Of a stretch of DNA of 64,000 bases, positions 25,950-39,439 are shown one piece after another. The stretch comes from Octopus sinensis (Eukaryota). The translations under genes were made by a program, and so were the position numbers. The DNA is taken from the NCBI RefSeq assembly GCF_006345805.1, contig NC_043016.1:20956001-21020000 (forward strand). Direction: 5' to 3'. The notes below the pieces were generated by a model. That model had not been told where the DNA came from and ran no database searches. It saw only the letters and a list, made by a program, of their open reading frames with translations. How positions within the stretch are numbered: the first letter of the stretch is position 1; each line of letters opens with the position of its first letter.

Positions 25950-26230
25950 TCTTTCTCACCTACACTCTATGGAATAGAGTCTTAATTTCTTGAGTCTTTC
26001 CCAGTAGCTTATGTGCTGCCTAGAGGCTATCTTCTTTATGTAGCCTCGTTGGATTACCTCAAATTCTCCACTTTATAAGACACTGGTTGCTGACCATAGC
26101 TGAGAGCAATACTTAAAGTGGCTTAGGGCAAGTGTCCTCCAGAGGACCATCTTGGTTTCCCAATCTCTAGTTCTACAAGTTCTAAGAATCCATCCGGTCA
26201 GCCACATTTCATTGCTAACTTAGCAACATG
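25950..26230 (-). mobile_element. Fragment of the same CR1-like LINE
   Basis: Aligns with 58620-58870 (AGCTTAT.TGCTG, GACCATAGCTGAGAGCAATA, TTAGCAACATGCA). Confidence 0.75.
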
Positions 26231-26260
26231 CATATGGACATGCACATATCTCTCTCTCTC

Positions 26261-26318
<58 letters not shown>

Positions 26319-26369
26319 CACACACACACAACACACACACACACACACACACATATTTTGTTTTTGGAG

Positions 26370-26770
26370 TTCGTGTTCGTTGCCAGCCTCGGCTGGCCCC
26401 CGTGCCGGTGACACGTAAAAGCACCGTCCATTCGTGGCCGTTTGCCAGCTCTGTCTGGCCCCGTGTCGGTGGCACGTAAAAGCACCATCTGTTCGTGTCC
26501 GTTGCCAGCATCGCCTGGCCTCGTGCCGGTGACACGTAAAAGCACCATCCGTTCGTGGCCGTTTGCCAGCTCTGTCTGGCACCTGTGCAGGTGGCACGTA
26601 AAAAACACCCACTACACTTGCGGAATGGTTGGCGTTAGGAAGGGCATCCAGCCGTAGAAACACTGCCAGATCTGACTGGGCCTGACGAAGCCTTCCAGCT
26701 TCACAGACCCCAGTTGACCCGTCCAACCCATGCTAGCATGGAAAGCGGACGCTAAATGATCATGATGATG
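26370..26770 (+). mobile_element. RTE-tailed SINE-like element with internal ~60-bp tandem subunits
   Basis: GTGCCGGTG(A/G)CACGTAAAAGCACC repeated four times before the shared tail. Related copies at 27210-27545 (-), 50930-51180 (+), 53840-54300 (+), 49120-49370 (+) and 34730-34920 (-). Confidence 0.75.
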
Positions 26771-26979
26771 ATTTGGTTTAAGATTCTTTATATGAGTTCA
26801 TGTGTTGAAGCATATTCTGTTGTGTCTGGGGAGAGTCACTCACCGGTAAAATTTCCACTTCTTTCTTATTTTTATTTTCCTAAAATTTTTGTTGCGTCTT
26901 GCAACCTTTTCAATAGTTTTGAGAGTCAACACACAGTGAGAGGCACAAAAAGAAAATGACTCTCCCCAGACACAACAGT

Positions 26980-27205
26980 ATATATATATATATATATATA
27001 TATATTCACATAAATACATATATATATTCACATAAATACATATACATACATATTCACATAAATACATATACATACATATTCACATAAATACATATACATA
27101 CATATTCACATAAATACATATACATACATATTCACATAAATACATATACATACATATTCACATAAATACATATACATACATATATATATATATTATATAT
27201 ATATA
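26980..27205. repeat. 26-bp minisatellite embedded in (TA)n
   Basis: ATATTCACATAAATACATATACATAC repeated about 6-7 times. Confidence 0.9.
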
Positions 27206-27745
27206 TATATCATCATCATCATCATCATCATTGTTTAACGTCCGTTTTCCATGCTAGCATGGGCTGGATGGTTCGACCAGGGTCTGGGAAGCCAGGAGGC
27301 TGCACCAAGCTCCAGTCTGATCTGGCAGTGTTTCTACAGCTGGATGCCCTTCCTAACGCCAACCACTCCATGAATGTAGTGGGTGCTTTTTACGTGCCAC
27401 CAGCACAGGTGCCAGGCAAGGCTGGCAATGGCCACGATTAGTTGGTGCTTTTTATGTCCACTGTCACAGAGGCCAGTCGAGGTGGCGCTGGCAACGGCCA
27501 CATTCAGATGGTTCTTTTTACGTGCCACCGGCACTGGTATCACAACTACAATTTCCATTGATTTTTTGATCCATTCTGGTTTCACTTGCCTCAACAGGTC
27601 TTCGCAAGCAGAGTTTTGTGTCCCAAGAAGGAAAGTTATGCATAAATGGAATGGCTACATCCCAGATAAAGGCCACGGGTTATGGTCTCACTTGTCCTGC
27701 CGGGTCTTCTCACGCACAGCATATTTCCAAAGGTCTTGGTCATTT

Positions 27746-27782
<37 letters not shown>

Positions 27783-28139
27783 TGTCAAAAATGTTAAGAG
27801 TAAACCCTATTCTATGTGACATATTCTGCCAGTATTGGAAGCTTGAAAGTGTTTAGTTAAAAAAAAATTAATTAAATAATCTGTACGTCAAAGTCAACCG
27901 CGATGAAATTTAAACTCAAAAATGTAAAGACAGACGAAATACCAATAAGCATTTTGCCCAGAATGCTAATGTTTCTACCAGCTTGCTGCTTTGGAATGTA
28001 AACATTCATTTTAGAAATATATTCTTTATTCTCTTTTTCTGCTAATTTTTGTTCAATGCGACTACTAATTCTGAATTCCTAATACATTTTTCTATCATTT
28101 AAACCTAAGAAAGGTATACTTTTAATTTAAAATTAAAAG

Positions 28140-28665
28140 ATTTATGTTAATTGAAGAGGAATGTACATGATCGTGTCTTAATGGATTTGTTAAGATCATT
28201 TGATCTTAACAATTCTTTAGAAGGGTTCTACAACGCTTTGCACTCATCACTAACATCCACACATCCAAATTTGTGGAAACTATGCACTGCCCTTAGAGCT
28301 GAGGAAGGATTAAGCCAGACAAAAATTGCACACATTTGACGTGGAGACTCAACAACAGAAAAAAAGAGACCTATTAAATTATTTAGTCGGTTTGAGGCTA
28401 TAGCACATAACACTTGGTCAAGGTACTATGCAGAGGGACTGAATCTGGAACCATGTGGTTAGGAAGCTAACTCCTTAGCACAGAGCTATGCCTGTGCTTA
28501 GCGACATGATTGAGATATCTTTGATGATACATTTACTCAATCAGAGTTCATCTGTACTTAAACAACTTCAAATTATTGAAGCACGACTGAAGAAGCTAGT
28601 TCAGGAATATCAAAATGAGGACCCTCTGCAATTTTTAAGAAGTATTGCACACAATTTGTCTTAAG
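28140..28665 (+). mobile_element. MULE-like transposase C-terminal relic, interrupted by a 187-bp insertion
   Basis: NNSLEGFYNALHSSLTSTHPNLWKLCTALRAEE then, after the insertion, IIEARLKKLVQEYQNEDPLQFLRSIAHNL; matches the NN..EG.H......HPN.WK...L..E pattern of MULE transposases. Confidence 0.7.
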
Positions 28666-29075
28666 AATTTTAAAAAATAAATTGAACTTTCTTATCCTAA
28701 CTCTGCCTCACAATGAACTCGCTGTAATTTTTTATCCTATTGTTATAATAAAATGTGTGCTAAATCTTTTCTTTCTTTATTCCAAATTATATTATTTTTG
28801 AAATTTTGTGATGTGTCTTTTTCATACATTCTTGCTCAATGGGAGTACATTAAAGTGATCCCATTTCAATTGAAGTAGTTTATAAAGATTATTTTCTATC
28901 ACACCTTCAGTCTCTCTCTCTCTCTCTTCTTAAGGCTTGGAAAACAGACAGATTAAATAACATAGGTATTGACTTGCAGTCTAGAGAAACTGGTTACAGT
29001 GATTATTAGTGAGAGCAGCTTATACTGAAAGTTGCTCCATGGGTGGAATTTACCATGATGAAATTTACCTAGAAC

Positions 29076-29119
<44 letters not shown>

Positions 29120-29144
29120 TATATATATATACACATATAGATAC

Positions 29145-29181
<37 letters not shown>

Positions 29182-29238
29182 TACATGTATATTCATTCAT
29201 ATTCATATTTACATACAGGAAATTTAAACACCACTTAC

Positions 29239-29371
29239 AAGTTGTTTCAGTCTCGTCTTCCACATCATCATCTTGCTGCGTAGCACCATGTTTGTCATCT
29301 GTCAGTTCGAAATCAACTTCATCTTCTGGATCATCAGATTCTACCTCTGACTTTTTCTCAGGGTAATTTTC
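29239..29371 (-). CDS. Tango1: TANGO1-like exon, acidic luminal region
   Basis: Acceptor tttcttcAG and donor GTaagt; phase 0 to 1. Encodes ENYPEKKSEVESDDPEDEVDFELTDDKHGATQQDDDVEDETETT. Confidence 0.85.
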
Positions 29372-29394
29372 CTGAAGAAAAAATACATATACAT

Positions 29395-30116
29395 ATCATC
29401 ATCATCATCGTTTAACGTCCGCTTTCCGCGCTAGCACGGGTTGGACGGTTTGACCGGGTCTGGGAAGCCAAGGCCGCTCCAGGCTCCAGTCTGAATCTGG
29501 CAGAGTTTCTACGGCTGGATGCCCTTCCTAACGCCAACCACTCCGTGAGTGGATTGGGTGCTTTTTACGTGCCACCTGCACAGGGGCCGGAGGGTCCGGC
29601 ATCGTCACGATCGGATTCGAGCATTTTAACGTGTCAGCGGCACGGGGGCAACGAGGTCCGGGGTACTTTGGGGACTGGGGTATTTTGGGGATCGGGGGGG
29701 TACTTTGGGGATCCGGGGTACTTAGAATGGGTAGGGGGGTAACTTAGAATGGGTAGGTGACGAGGCGGGGAGGGTACTAAAAGGGGATGGTCGGATTGAG
29801 CAGTGTCAGGAGGAAGCGTAAGATCGGTGGGCAGTTGATGAGCTATGGCGCTAGCAGCTTGTCTTAAGCATATGAGGAGAGAAGTGGTAGTGGGAGGAGG
29901 AGGAGGGAGTAGGGCGTACCCAGGTAGATGAGTAAGGTGTATCCGGTGTAGATAGAGAGAGAAGGGGTATACTGGTATTGGTGGTGGGGGTGAGAACAGT
30001 GTTCAACGGTATTGGTGGTGGGGGTGAGAACAGTGTTCAACGGTATTGGTGGGGGGGGGTGAGAACAGTGTTCAACGGTATTGGTGGTGGGGGTGGGGGG
30101 GCGGGCGCACCGCCCA
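29395..30116 (-). mobile_element. Composite RTE-tailed element with the same 5' anchor and a 33-bp minisatellite
   Basis: Reverse complement begins GGGCGGTGCGCCCGCCC...CCACCAATACCG. Three ~33-bp repeats at 29972-30090; body homologous to 55019-55500; RTE-type tail with (GAT)n. Confidence 0.75.
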
Positions 30117-30949
30117 ATGATAAAGATGGGAAAAAGATGGGATTACGGCTTGAGGCAGCCTGCGGTTAAATATTGTAGAGAGAGAGAGATAGGAAGATAA
30201 ATCAAGTTATGGCGAAGGCTTGAAAGTATCTTAAAAAAGGTTAAATTTTCGTAACAGTGTATGAATAAACGTATTAACACCGAATAAAAAAAATATAGTA
30301 AGATAAATTTTTTAAGAACTTGCTGCGGTCATCGAGGGGAGTTGAAATTGAAGAAGAAGAAAGTAGTTGAACTGGGAATTAAATTGCAGAATCGTAATAG
30401 TAATAGTAATGGCGGTTTTCAAGTTTTAGCATATGAAGAAGAGAGGAGGAAAAAGAAAAAAGAAGACCGCAATGACTGAAGATGGGAAAAAGATGGGATT
30501 ACGGCTTGAGGCAGCCTGCGGTTAAATATTGTAGAGAGAGAGATAGGAAGATAAATCAAGTTATGGCGAAGGCTGAAAGTATCTTAAAAAAGGTTAAATT
30601 TTCGTAACAGTGTATGAATAAACGTATTAACAACGAATAAAAAATATAGTAAGATAATTTTTTAAGAACTTGCTGCGGTCATCGAGCGGGAGTTGAAATT
30701 GAAGAAGAAAGTAGTTGAACTGGGAATTAAATTGCAGAATCGTATAGTAATAATAATGGCGGTTTTCAAGTTTTAGCATATGAAGAAGAAGAGGAGGAGG
30801 AAAAAGAAAAAAGAAGACCGCCAATGACTGAAGATGGGAAAAAGATGGGATTACGGCTTGAGGCAGCCTGCGGTTAAATATTGTAGAGAGAGAGATAGGA
30901 AGATAAATCAAGTTATGGCGAAGGCTTGAAAGTATCTTAAAAAAGGTTA
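30117..30949. repeat. Tandem repeat, ~2.3 units of ~354 bp
   Basis: AGATGGGAAAAAGATGGGATTACGG recurs at 30124, 30480 and 30832 (periods 356, 352). Confidence 0.92.
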
Positions 30950-31844
30950 TACATATAAATTGATGGATAGCCTGGGGTTACAAACAAGAGAAAGTGATCC
31001 CTGTAAAGCAGAGTATGCATAAACTTTTATTAGCCAAGGTACAACTGACTGACATTTGTCTTGCCACCTAACTCTATATAGACATGTTTCATGTATGCGT
31101 GTATATGTTTGTTTGTGTGTGCATGTATGTATATATACATATATATAAGTAACAATTTTATATTTGGGCATACATCTTGTAGTATGCTGTTTAAAGCCCA
31201 TTCACAATATTTGGCTACCTGATGCCAACAACAGTATGAATTTAAATGCCACTGGGATTTACCTGAGGAATTCCTTTATGTCTGTAGAGTTTATATAAAA
31301 AAAAAATCTGAGACTGAAAATGGAATTCACTAGAGTCTTTATTCATAACACACTACGATTGTTTCAATCCATTATGGACCATTATCTTACAGGTGAGATG
31401 TTGTATAAACAGTTATGATACATCACTGGTACTGATGTGTCTCCTCTGATGACTTTTCAAAAAATACCTCATTGTTTATTTGTTGTTTCACTTATTTCTA
31501 TAACAATGCATTTTGGTAATTACCAAAATATATTGTCATAGGAATAAGCAAAGCTGTTTGTACATCTCACCTGAAAGGTACTGGTTTATAAAGGGTCAAA
31601 ACGATCGTAGTGGTTCTGAATAAAGAGTCTTGTGAATTCTATTTTCTTTCTTTTATGTTTTATATATATATATAAATAGACAAAAGTATATACCAAGAAA
31701 TTGGATGAACCTTTAACTGATTGTTAGGCCAGTTAGAAGCTAAATATCCCTCAAATATAATACTATCATCTAAAAAAAAATTATATGAGAGAGAGGAGAG
31801 GAGAGAGAGAGAGAGAAAGAGAGAGAACACAGATAGTGTAAACC

Positions 31845-32050
31845 GTTTCAGTCACTGGACTGTGGCCATGCTTTGCAACACTTTGAAGGGTTTAGGTGAA
31901 CAAATCAATCCCAGTACTTATTTTTAAGCCAGTTACTTATTGAATCAGTCTCTTTTTACTGAACTGTTAAATTACAGGGAAATAAACAAACTAGTTGTCA
32001 AGTAATGATAATGGGACAAATAAACAAAAAGACACACAGACACATATTTA
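31845..32050 (+). mobile_element. SINE family D fragment
   Basis: CAGTCA.T.GACTGTGGCCATGCT...AGTACTTATT...ACAAACACAGACAC. Related copies at 10780-10950 (-), 34405-34450 and 39180-39400 (+). Confidence 0.6.
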
Positions 32051-32989
32051 GACACATACATATACATGATGGCCCTCTTTCAGTTTCTGTCAACAAAATT
32101 CACTCACAAGGCTTTAGTCAGTTTGGGGCTATAGCACAAAACACTTGGTCAAGGTACCATGCAGAGGGACTGAACCTGGAACCATGTGGTTAGGAAGCTA
32201 ACTCCTTACCACAGAGCTATGCCTGTGCTTAGCGACGTGACTGAGATATCTTTGATGATACATTTGCTCAATCAGAGTTCATCTGTACTTAAACAACTTA
32301 ACATGTGCATACACAAGCATATTTACAAACAAAATCATCACACACAGGCACACACACACACACACACATGCAAAGGTACATGGACTATGAGTTAGTTAGA
32401 ATGTTATCTCTTGAACGTAAAGTCGTGAGCTTCATTCCAGGATGTGGCAGCATTGTATATCCTTGAGTAGAGTATTCATGTTGTTCCAGTCTACCCAGCT
32501 GAAATGAGTACCAGCTGAGTGTTAAAAGAAGCTTCTTTCCCTCCATCTGCCATATTTTCTGTGTTCTGTTGGGCCAAGGAATCACAGAAAGGGCGTTAGT
32601 GTATGCTCATGACTACACAAACACCTAAAGCAGTTAGTTGAAACATTATGTATCCTACCAAGTCACATCTGCTTGGGAATGATGGCTGTAGAACTTGTGT
32701 GTGTGTGTGTGTGTGTTTTATGAGGATATGCAAAAACAATTATTTTTCATTGTGAATCTAATAGTTGAGAGAAGAGCATTAAGAATGTTATGAAATGTTT
32801 GTATTCCAAAAAATAAAGTAATCAGAGAGTATTTCCACCTATATTTGTAAAGTTTTTGGTATAATCTCATTTTGTGGTGTAATTTTTTTTTCTATAGGAA
32901 TATCATTATAAAGGTAGCATAGAAGGGTGCAACTATTGTGTCTGTGACTACTTACTTTATGTGTCTATATGTTTTCCCATCAGAATTAT

Positions 32990-33800
32990 AGATGTCTTCT
33001 TCCAATGCTAAGTGCAGGTCTACTATAAGGACAAGATATAGTATATTAGTAAATATACTAGTTAAATTGAAACTTGTTAAAACGGTGTCCTCTGGGACAA
33101 TTAAAATCCATGTCATCACATCTGTAACTCATCTGTATGGCCCTGTAATGAGTATGGATGATGACAATTGGGTAAAGAAATATCAGGAGATCCATGTTGA
33201 AGTAAAACTAAGGAAAAGGAAATTGAGGAAGATGTGAGTAGAAGTAATGAAAGCTGATCTCAGGAAGCTGAACCTTACACAGGTCACAAAAGAAAACAAG
33301 TGACAGGATGCTGAATTGGAGAAGACGTCTTGAACCTGTCCGAACATGGAAAAGTGCATGTTAAAAGTAATGATGATGTGTACACACACATATTATCATA
33401 ATCTTTTTCTCTGCTTGCATAGGTTCAACAAATCTAGAACTGCATCTCAGCAATTGCAGTCATTTGGCATCATGTTCATAAGATCAGGCTTCAACACTTC
33501 TGCCCATGCTTTTCTCTTCAACGGATTCCTTCTAGTTGCATAACATGGCACTTCTTTACCCACCAGTCAAACTTTATGTGCATTACATGTCCCCGTCAGT
33601 TTAATCTTCTCTCTAGCACAAGACTTACTATTTCTCTTATATACAGATATTCTTCAGCTCATGTGTGTTCTGCTTTCACCCACCATTACAAAGCATGCTT
33701 TATTATTTCTTTCCAGTCCTCACAATCACTGTCCATGTTTCACCACCATACAATCTGTACCCAACCACCATACAATCTGCTCTTCACTTAGAGAGAGAAC
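32990..33800. mobile_element. Scrambled RTE LINE fragments in both orientations
   Basis: 33120-33360 resembles the RTE 3' region on +. 33400-33800 resembles the RT region on - (EKAWAEVLKPDL, DMFHINLV-like). Confidence 0.55.
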
Positions 33801-36800
33801 TCCTTTGCTACTGGCACAGGTAAAAGCTCACTGAATAATTTTTCCACTCTGTTTTTACTATACTTTCAGAATACTGTCCTCCACTGTTAATTTCGTTACC
33901 TGAACAACAGAAGATAGCAACTACTTCTAAGGAGTTTCCTAAGCATTTAAAAAAATAATTTTATGTATACTTTTATTACTAATAACTCATAACTATCAAC
34001 TACATACAAAGTCCTTCTTAGTTGAGGTTGCAACTTCCTGTAACCTCTTTTCTGTACACTGAGCATGGCTACTTCCCAGATGGTAGTTGGTCTTCTTTCC
34101 TGCTAACATTTGTCTTCAGTGAGATTACTTCAAGTGGTTTTGATCCTAGTAGATAAAAACCAGTGTAGACATTGAGTTGAAAGAAGTCTGTGTATAAGAG
34201 GAATAAGTGCTTCCAGATTTACAGTCTATTCTCAAATACTTTTATCAAACTGAACAAAGAGACCTAGATTATCAGTACAGCAATCCCTCGATGGTATTTT
34301 TATTTATTAATAATTTATAGGCATGAAAATGCTTATTTTTACCACAGAAATAATTATAATCTAAAAAACTGTAAATGCCTATTGGCTGCAGAAACACACG
34401 ATATGGAGTCTGCAACTAAAGGCGGTGCTCCAGCATGACCGCAGTCAAATGACTGAAGCAAGTAAAAGAGTATATATTAGTTAGAAAAATCCATGATGTA
34501 CCGAGGGCACAATAGGTGAACCACGATACGGCAAGTGATTACTGTATACTGAAGTTCGTCACAGACAGCTGGTCTTAAAACTTCAGAGTTACAGCCTTGA
34601 GAACTATAAATAAACAGGAGAGGAGGGGGAGAGTTGAGCCATATTAGAAAATCTACCTGGACAATTCTAAGCCAAAATCGTTGCTAACTTTATTTTGTGG
34701 CATCATTTCTACATCTGGTTTCCACAGCTCATCATCATTATTTTTGTACCCACTTTTTATGCTGGCATGGGTTGGATGGTTGCTTAAGATTCAGTGGATC
34801 AGAGGACAACATTGTGATTCAAATGTTTCAGGTTTGGCATGGCTTCTAAGGCTGGAAGCCCTTCCTAACACCAACCATTTTAAAGAGTGTTCTGCATGCA
34901 TTTTTTTTGCAACACCAGTACAGTGAGGTTGTCTTGTAACATGCATGACTAAAGAGTTCCTTCTTTGAGGAAAAGGATAGGAAATAGAATGGCTGCTTTA
35001 TGCAAAATGTTAAGAGGAGTAGGGACAGGTTTGTTGCAAATAAAGCTCATGGCTACACTGTATTCTACACGTATGTGTGAGGATGACTGGAATGGAGCTA
35101 CAAAGAGAGGTAAATGTGGTGGGGGTGAGGGGCCAGAACATACCCAATAAGGTGATTAGAAGAGAGCATGGAGATAGAAATATCAGCAACAATGTGTAAG
35201 ATTGAAAGAGTGTGAATAATGGATAAAAGCAAAGGGTATAAGTGATCAGCTCTACATGGGTGGATAGTAAACAGAGGTGGGGCTGCTTTCAGAACAAATT
35301 CATCTAGACCTAATTGCAGAACATTGGTAAATATCTTACCTCCTATATCTCTCCTAGCAAAATATACCTAACATCAAGCCTCTTTTCATTTTCTTTCATT
35401 CTTTCCAATTAGCTTTTATGTCTCTATCTGTTAAACCATTACTCTAACATGTTACTTTTCATCTAACTGGAATTGTGCTCCAGTTACAAATCTGAGTTGT
35501 AGCTCACAGTAGATTGTCATGTACAAACTTTACAGTTGTCTTTTATTTTACAGAGTTTTATGTCCTCTGCCTAATTGAGAAAGGTACTACTTAGTGCTTC
35601 TTCTTTGAATCAAAACCCATCAGAGGGATTTGTCAGCTTCCATGACTTTCTTCTGCACATTGTCTCTTGAATCCATCCAAATCTTGCTAAGCTGATGTTA
35701 CTAATCACTAGTTGATGTCAAGTAGTATATTTCCAGGGATTCATCTATCCTGTTTCTGGATAGGTACAATGCCTATGTGGTTTGTAAGTTTGACTGATTA
35801 GACAACCATCACTCACCTCATCAGGTTTTCAAGTCAGTGTTGCAAATAGGTCATTTGAATCACAATACTCTAAAGCATCATGATCCCTCTTCATTCTGTA
35901 TACTATAAACATGGTTTCCATGTATATCAGTATAGCCATCAAAGTGTTGCCCAGCATACCCATTAAAATCATCAACTATGATATTAAAGTATCACTCATC
36001 TGTTAGTGAGGAAATCAAAAGGAGAGAGAGCCTCACATGTGATTCTTTTAGTTCATCAGTCAATTTTGATTGTGGTGCTCATGCAGAGATGACTGTTGCT
36101 GTTCTATTGTCTATGACTTGTCAGTGGCAGCTTTATCTCATATCTAAGTCACCCTCACCAACATTATCATGAAGTCAATGCTGTTAAGAATTGCAAGAAT
36201 TGGTTTACAGAGTCATCATTTGTTTACGGCATCACCACAAAAGAAGTGTTCAGCAAAGAAGTAACTAAATTGCTTATGGCTGCTCTAAGCTTTATTATTC
36301 TGTCACATAACCTTGACAACCTCAATTACTTTATACTTTTCTCTGCCAACAATATGTTTACTTTAACAATTTCAGAGCTGTTATCCACTAAGTATAATTT
36401 GTCCCTGTATTTCTTACCCATGATGAGTCTGTTACGCTCCCCTGCATTTCACCTCTTGTACACAGCACACGATTACTTGCCTCCACTCTACAATCTCTCC
36501 AAACCTACCTTTTATTATGCCAACATTGATGGTGGCAGCCCTGATGTTTTACACTTGTGAGGGAGAGAGGAGTTTCTGGTAATGTTTTGGTTATTTGGTG
36601 TCTATTTTCTGCATCTGAAAGGTAGAGAGTTGGTGCAATTGTTTGATGATAGTTGAAGAGTTCTCACACATAGGCAGATGTTCTTACCTCCCCACTTTAC
36701 TATTTTGTGTATCCCTAACATGATGTCATAGCGAATAAATTATTAAGGATTTTCATTGATAAGACTGCAACATTTTCAATGATTCTATTGTTGGATGCCC

Positions 36801-38804
36801 CACCTATCACAAACCACTTTACAACATATTTTAACAACCATTCTATTGTGTTACTCATATTAAAGAGATTGTCTGACAGGACTGAAAAGTTCTTTTTACA
36901 TTGTATTGCTTTTTACTCTGTCTTAGGTGGATTGCTATCATTGCAGCTCACCTCTGTCTTCTACAAGCAGAAGATTTTTATTCAGCTATGGCTCTTCTAT
37001 ATATGTTGGTCTTCACTGTGACGTGCAGAACTTATTTCTTCCTCACAAAATTCTCACCCCCAGACAGTGGGAGCCTTCTCTGCCATTCACCCAGTCCATG
37101 TCTCTTCCATGAAGAGCTTTATTTATAGTTACTACTCTCCTTGATACCTGCTAGCTGGCTCACCTTCACAGTATGTAGCTAATAATGCTTCAAAAGGTGC
37201 TCATGGTGTAACATTGTTCTGGGAAGGGTAAGAATTTACACAGAAGGAGCTGTTGAGAGATTAGATATATAAATGAAACAATAAAGAGAATGCAAGAGAC
37301 AGAACAAGAGAGAGGGGGAAGAGAAAGGAGAGAAAGAGGGAGGGAGAGAGAAAGAAACATTATGATGAGAGAGTATGTATACAATTTCCAGCAGTTTAGG
37401 ATACTAGTAATAGAAGTAGAAGAAATAATGATTATTAATCAGATTAAAATTAGCATTCTTGGTTGATGCACTTTCTTTGAGAAATGGAGCATAATATGCC
37501 AAATTCAACAAAATATTCCTAGATTTATCATCAGTGTAGCATTCCTTATTGTAGGTTATTGCTTTTCTTGATAAGTAGCTCTCAAATAGAATAGGTTGGA
37601 TATGATACTAATTTGCTGGAGTTTAATACAATATTTGTCTACATCTCTAACTGTGGGGGGTAGATCCATGAAGACATGGGGTGAGGTGGTGAAATATGAT
37701 CTTTGGATGTTGAGTCTCAGGGAGGTGATGACAAGTGACCATGACAGTTGGTGATTTGCTGTGCTTGAGAAGACTTGTCAAGCTTAGTGAAAATGGTGAC
37801 ACAAAAGGCTTCCACACCAGTGACATGTAAAAGGCACCTTTGCCACTGGTACATAAAAAGCATCCATGCCAGTGACACGAAAAAGCTAACACTACTTTTT
37901 CACATTGAAAAATTTTCATATATCCAAGAGTGGCTTGCCATTGCCAATCCCAAATGAATGGCTGTTGACCCACAGGAAGGGTATCCACTCTTGCATAGGT
38001 CCAGCTAGGTGTCCAGATATTTTCCCCAAGAATGGCAACCTACTCAAGTAGGTTAGTCACTGGGTTAGTCACTGACCATTGACCACGGAACAAATAGTAC
38101 TGATTTACAGTAGCATGTCTCATCAACCTGTAATGAAATCTCTGGCCTGACTACAAGTAGTAATAGTATTAGAAACATTAAGGAACAAAAACCTAATTAA
38201 CAGTTTGGAAAAATACAAGTTTACAGGAATCTCACAAAACTCAAATAATCACCCTTACCTGTAACTATAGAACAACCATTCCTTGTTACATAGAAGGTAA
38301 GTAACTCTTATGCAATGTAATATACAAATGCAATGTAACAAAAATAAAATGACAATTGAAATAATACAAGCTCCACATCAAACCCATTTAAGGGCTGCTA
38401 TATGCTCAAATAAACATTTAATAACAAAACATTATGTAAGCAATTTCACTAATAGGATATAAAGATCAAATTTAGGGTCTAAGAGTATTATTTTAAAACT
38501 ACAATGGAGTATTGTAGCCACTGCACAGGCATACACAGAAAATAAAAAGAGTGTAGGCTTTGGAAAGCAGAAGGACTTAAAAACTTTTTACTTAAAATTT
38601 TACTTAATTGAAGAAATCAGCAAATTCTGATGTAGACATTAACTCTTAAGATCGTTTAATTTCTAAAAGAACTCTTCCACTTAAAATCATAACTTAAAAA
38701 TAACTAGTTAACTTGGCAATAATATTTTCAACAAAATTAACTTATAGTATACTGACACCTCTATTGTCCAATTTTCTCACAAAACATGTATATTTCTTTT
38801 CATT

Positions 38805-39148
38805 TTTGGATTTGGTTTGCAAGATTCTTTATGTGAGTTTGAGTGTTGAAACATATTTTGTTGTGTCTGGGGAGAGCCATTCTCTTTTAGTGACTTATTA
38901 TTTAATACACTCACCAGTAAAGTTTCCACTCATTTACTTATTCATTTTTCTTAAAATTTTCATTGCGTCTTGCAACCTTTCCAACAGTTGTTAACTCTGT
39001 TCATTATCTGAGACATTCTATCGAAAAGGTTGCTAGACGTAACAAAAATTTTAGAAAAATAAATAAGTAAACAAGTGGAAACTTTACCGGTGTGTGTGTT
39101 AAATAATAAGGCACTAAAAGGGAATGACTCTCCCCAGACACAACAAAA
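38805..39148. repeat. Foldback element, family E (most complete copy)
   Basis: About 130-bp imperfect inverted arms (TTGTTGTGTCTGGGGAGAG...TTGCAACCTTT / AAAGGTTGCTAGACG...CTCTCCCCAGACACAACAA). Confidence 0.75.
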
Positions 39149-39439
39149 AATGTATGTATACCTTCATGTTTTTATCTTTAATCCATTACTTATTTCAACC
39201 ATTAGACTACAGCCTTCCTGGGGCACCACCTTGTAGAATTTTAGTTGAACAAATTAACTCCAGTACATATCTTTTTAGGCTTGGTACTTATTTTACCAGT
39301 GCCTATCATTGAATTGCTAAATTACAGGGATGTAAACACACTTACACTGGTTGCCAAGTAGTAGTGGAAGACAAACACAGACACAAACACATACACACAC
39401 ACAGATATATACACAAACTGTTTTGAGATAAATTTGATG

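Noticed and set aside
29972-30090. 33-bp direct repeats resembling a CRISPR array
   Set aside because: Repeats are contiguous with no unique spacers, the context is eukaryotic and there are no cas genes; it is a minisatellite inside a retroelement.
30476-30580. CTGAAGA motif in the 354-bp tandem unit as a possible hammerhead
   Set aside because: No stem II closing onto a GAAA and no stem I/III pairing could be found. No hammerhead core was found in the 20345-21440 units either.
36686-36790. Possible SH3-like mini-exon ending TGGGGAG|GTaag
   Set aside because: The real SH3 exons were found at 56377-56510 and 51820-51909; longer versions of this candidate contain stops in all frames.
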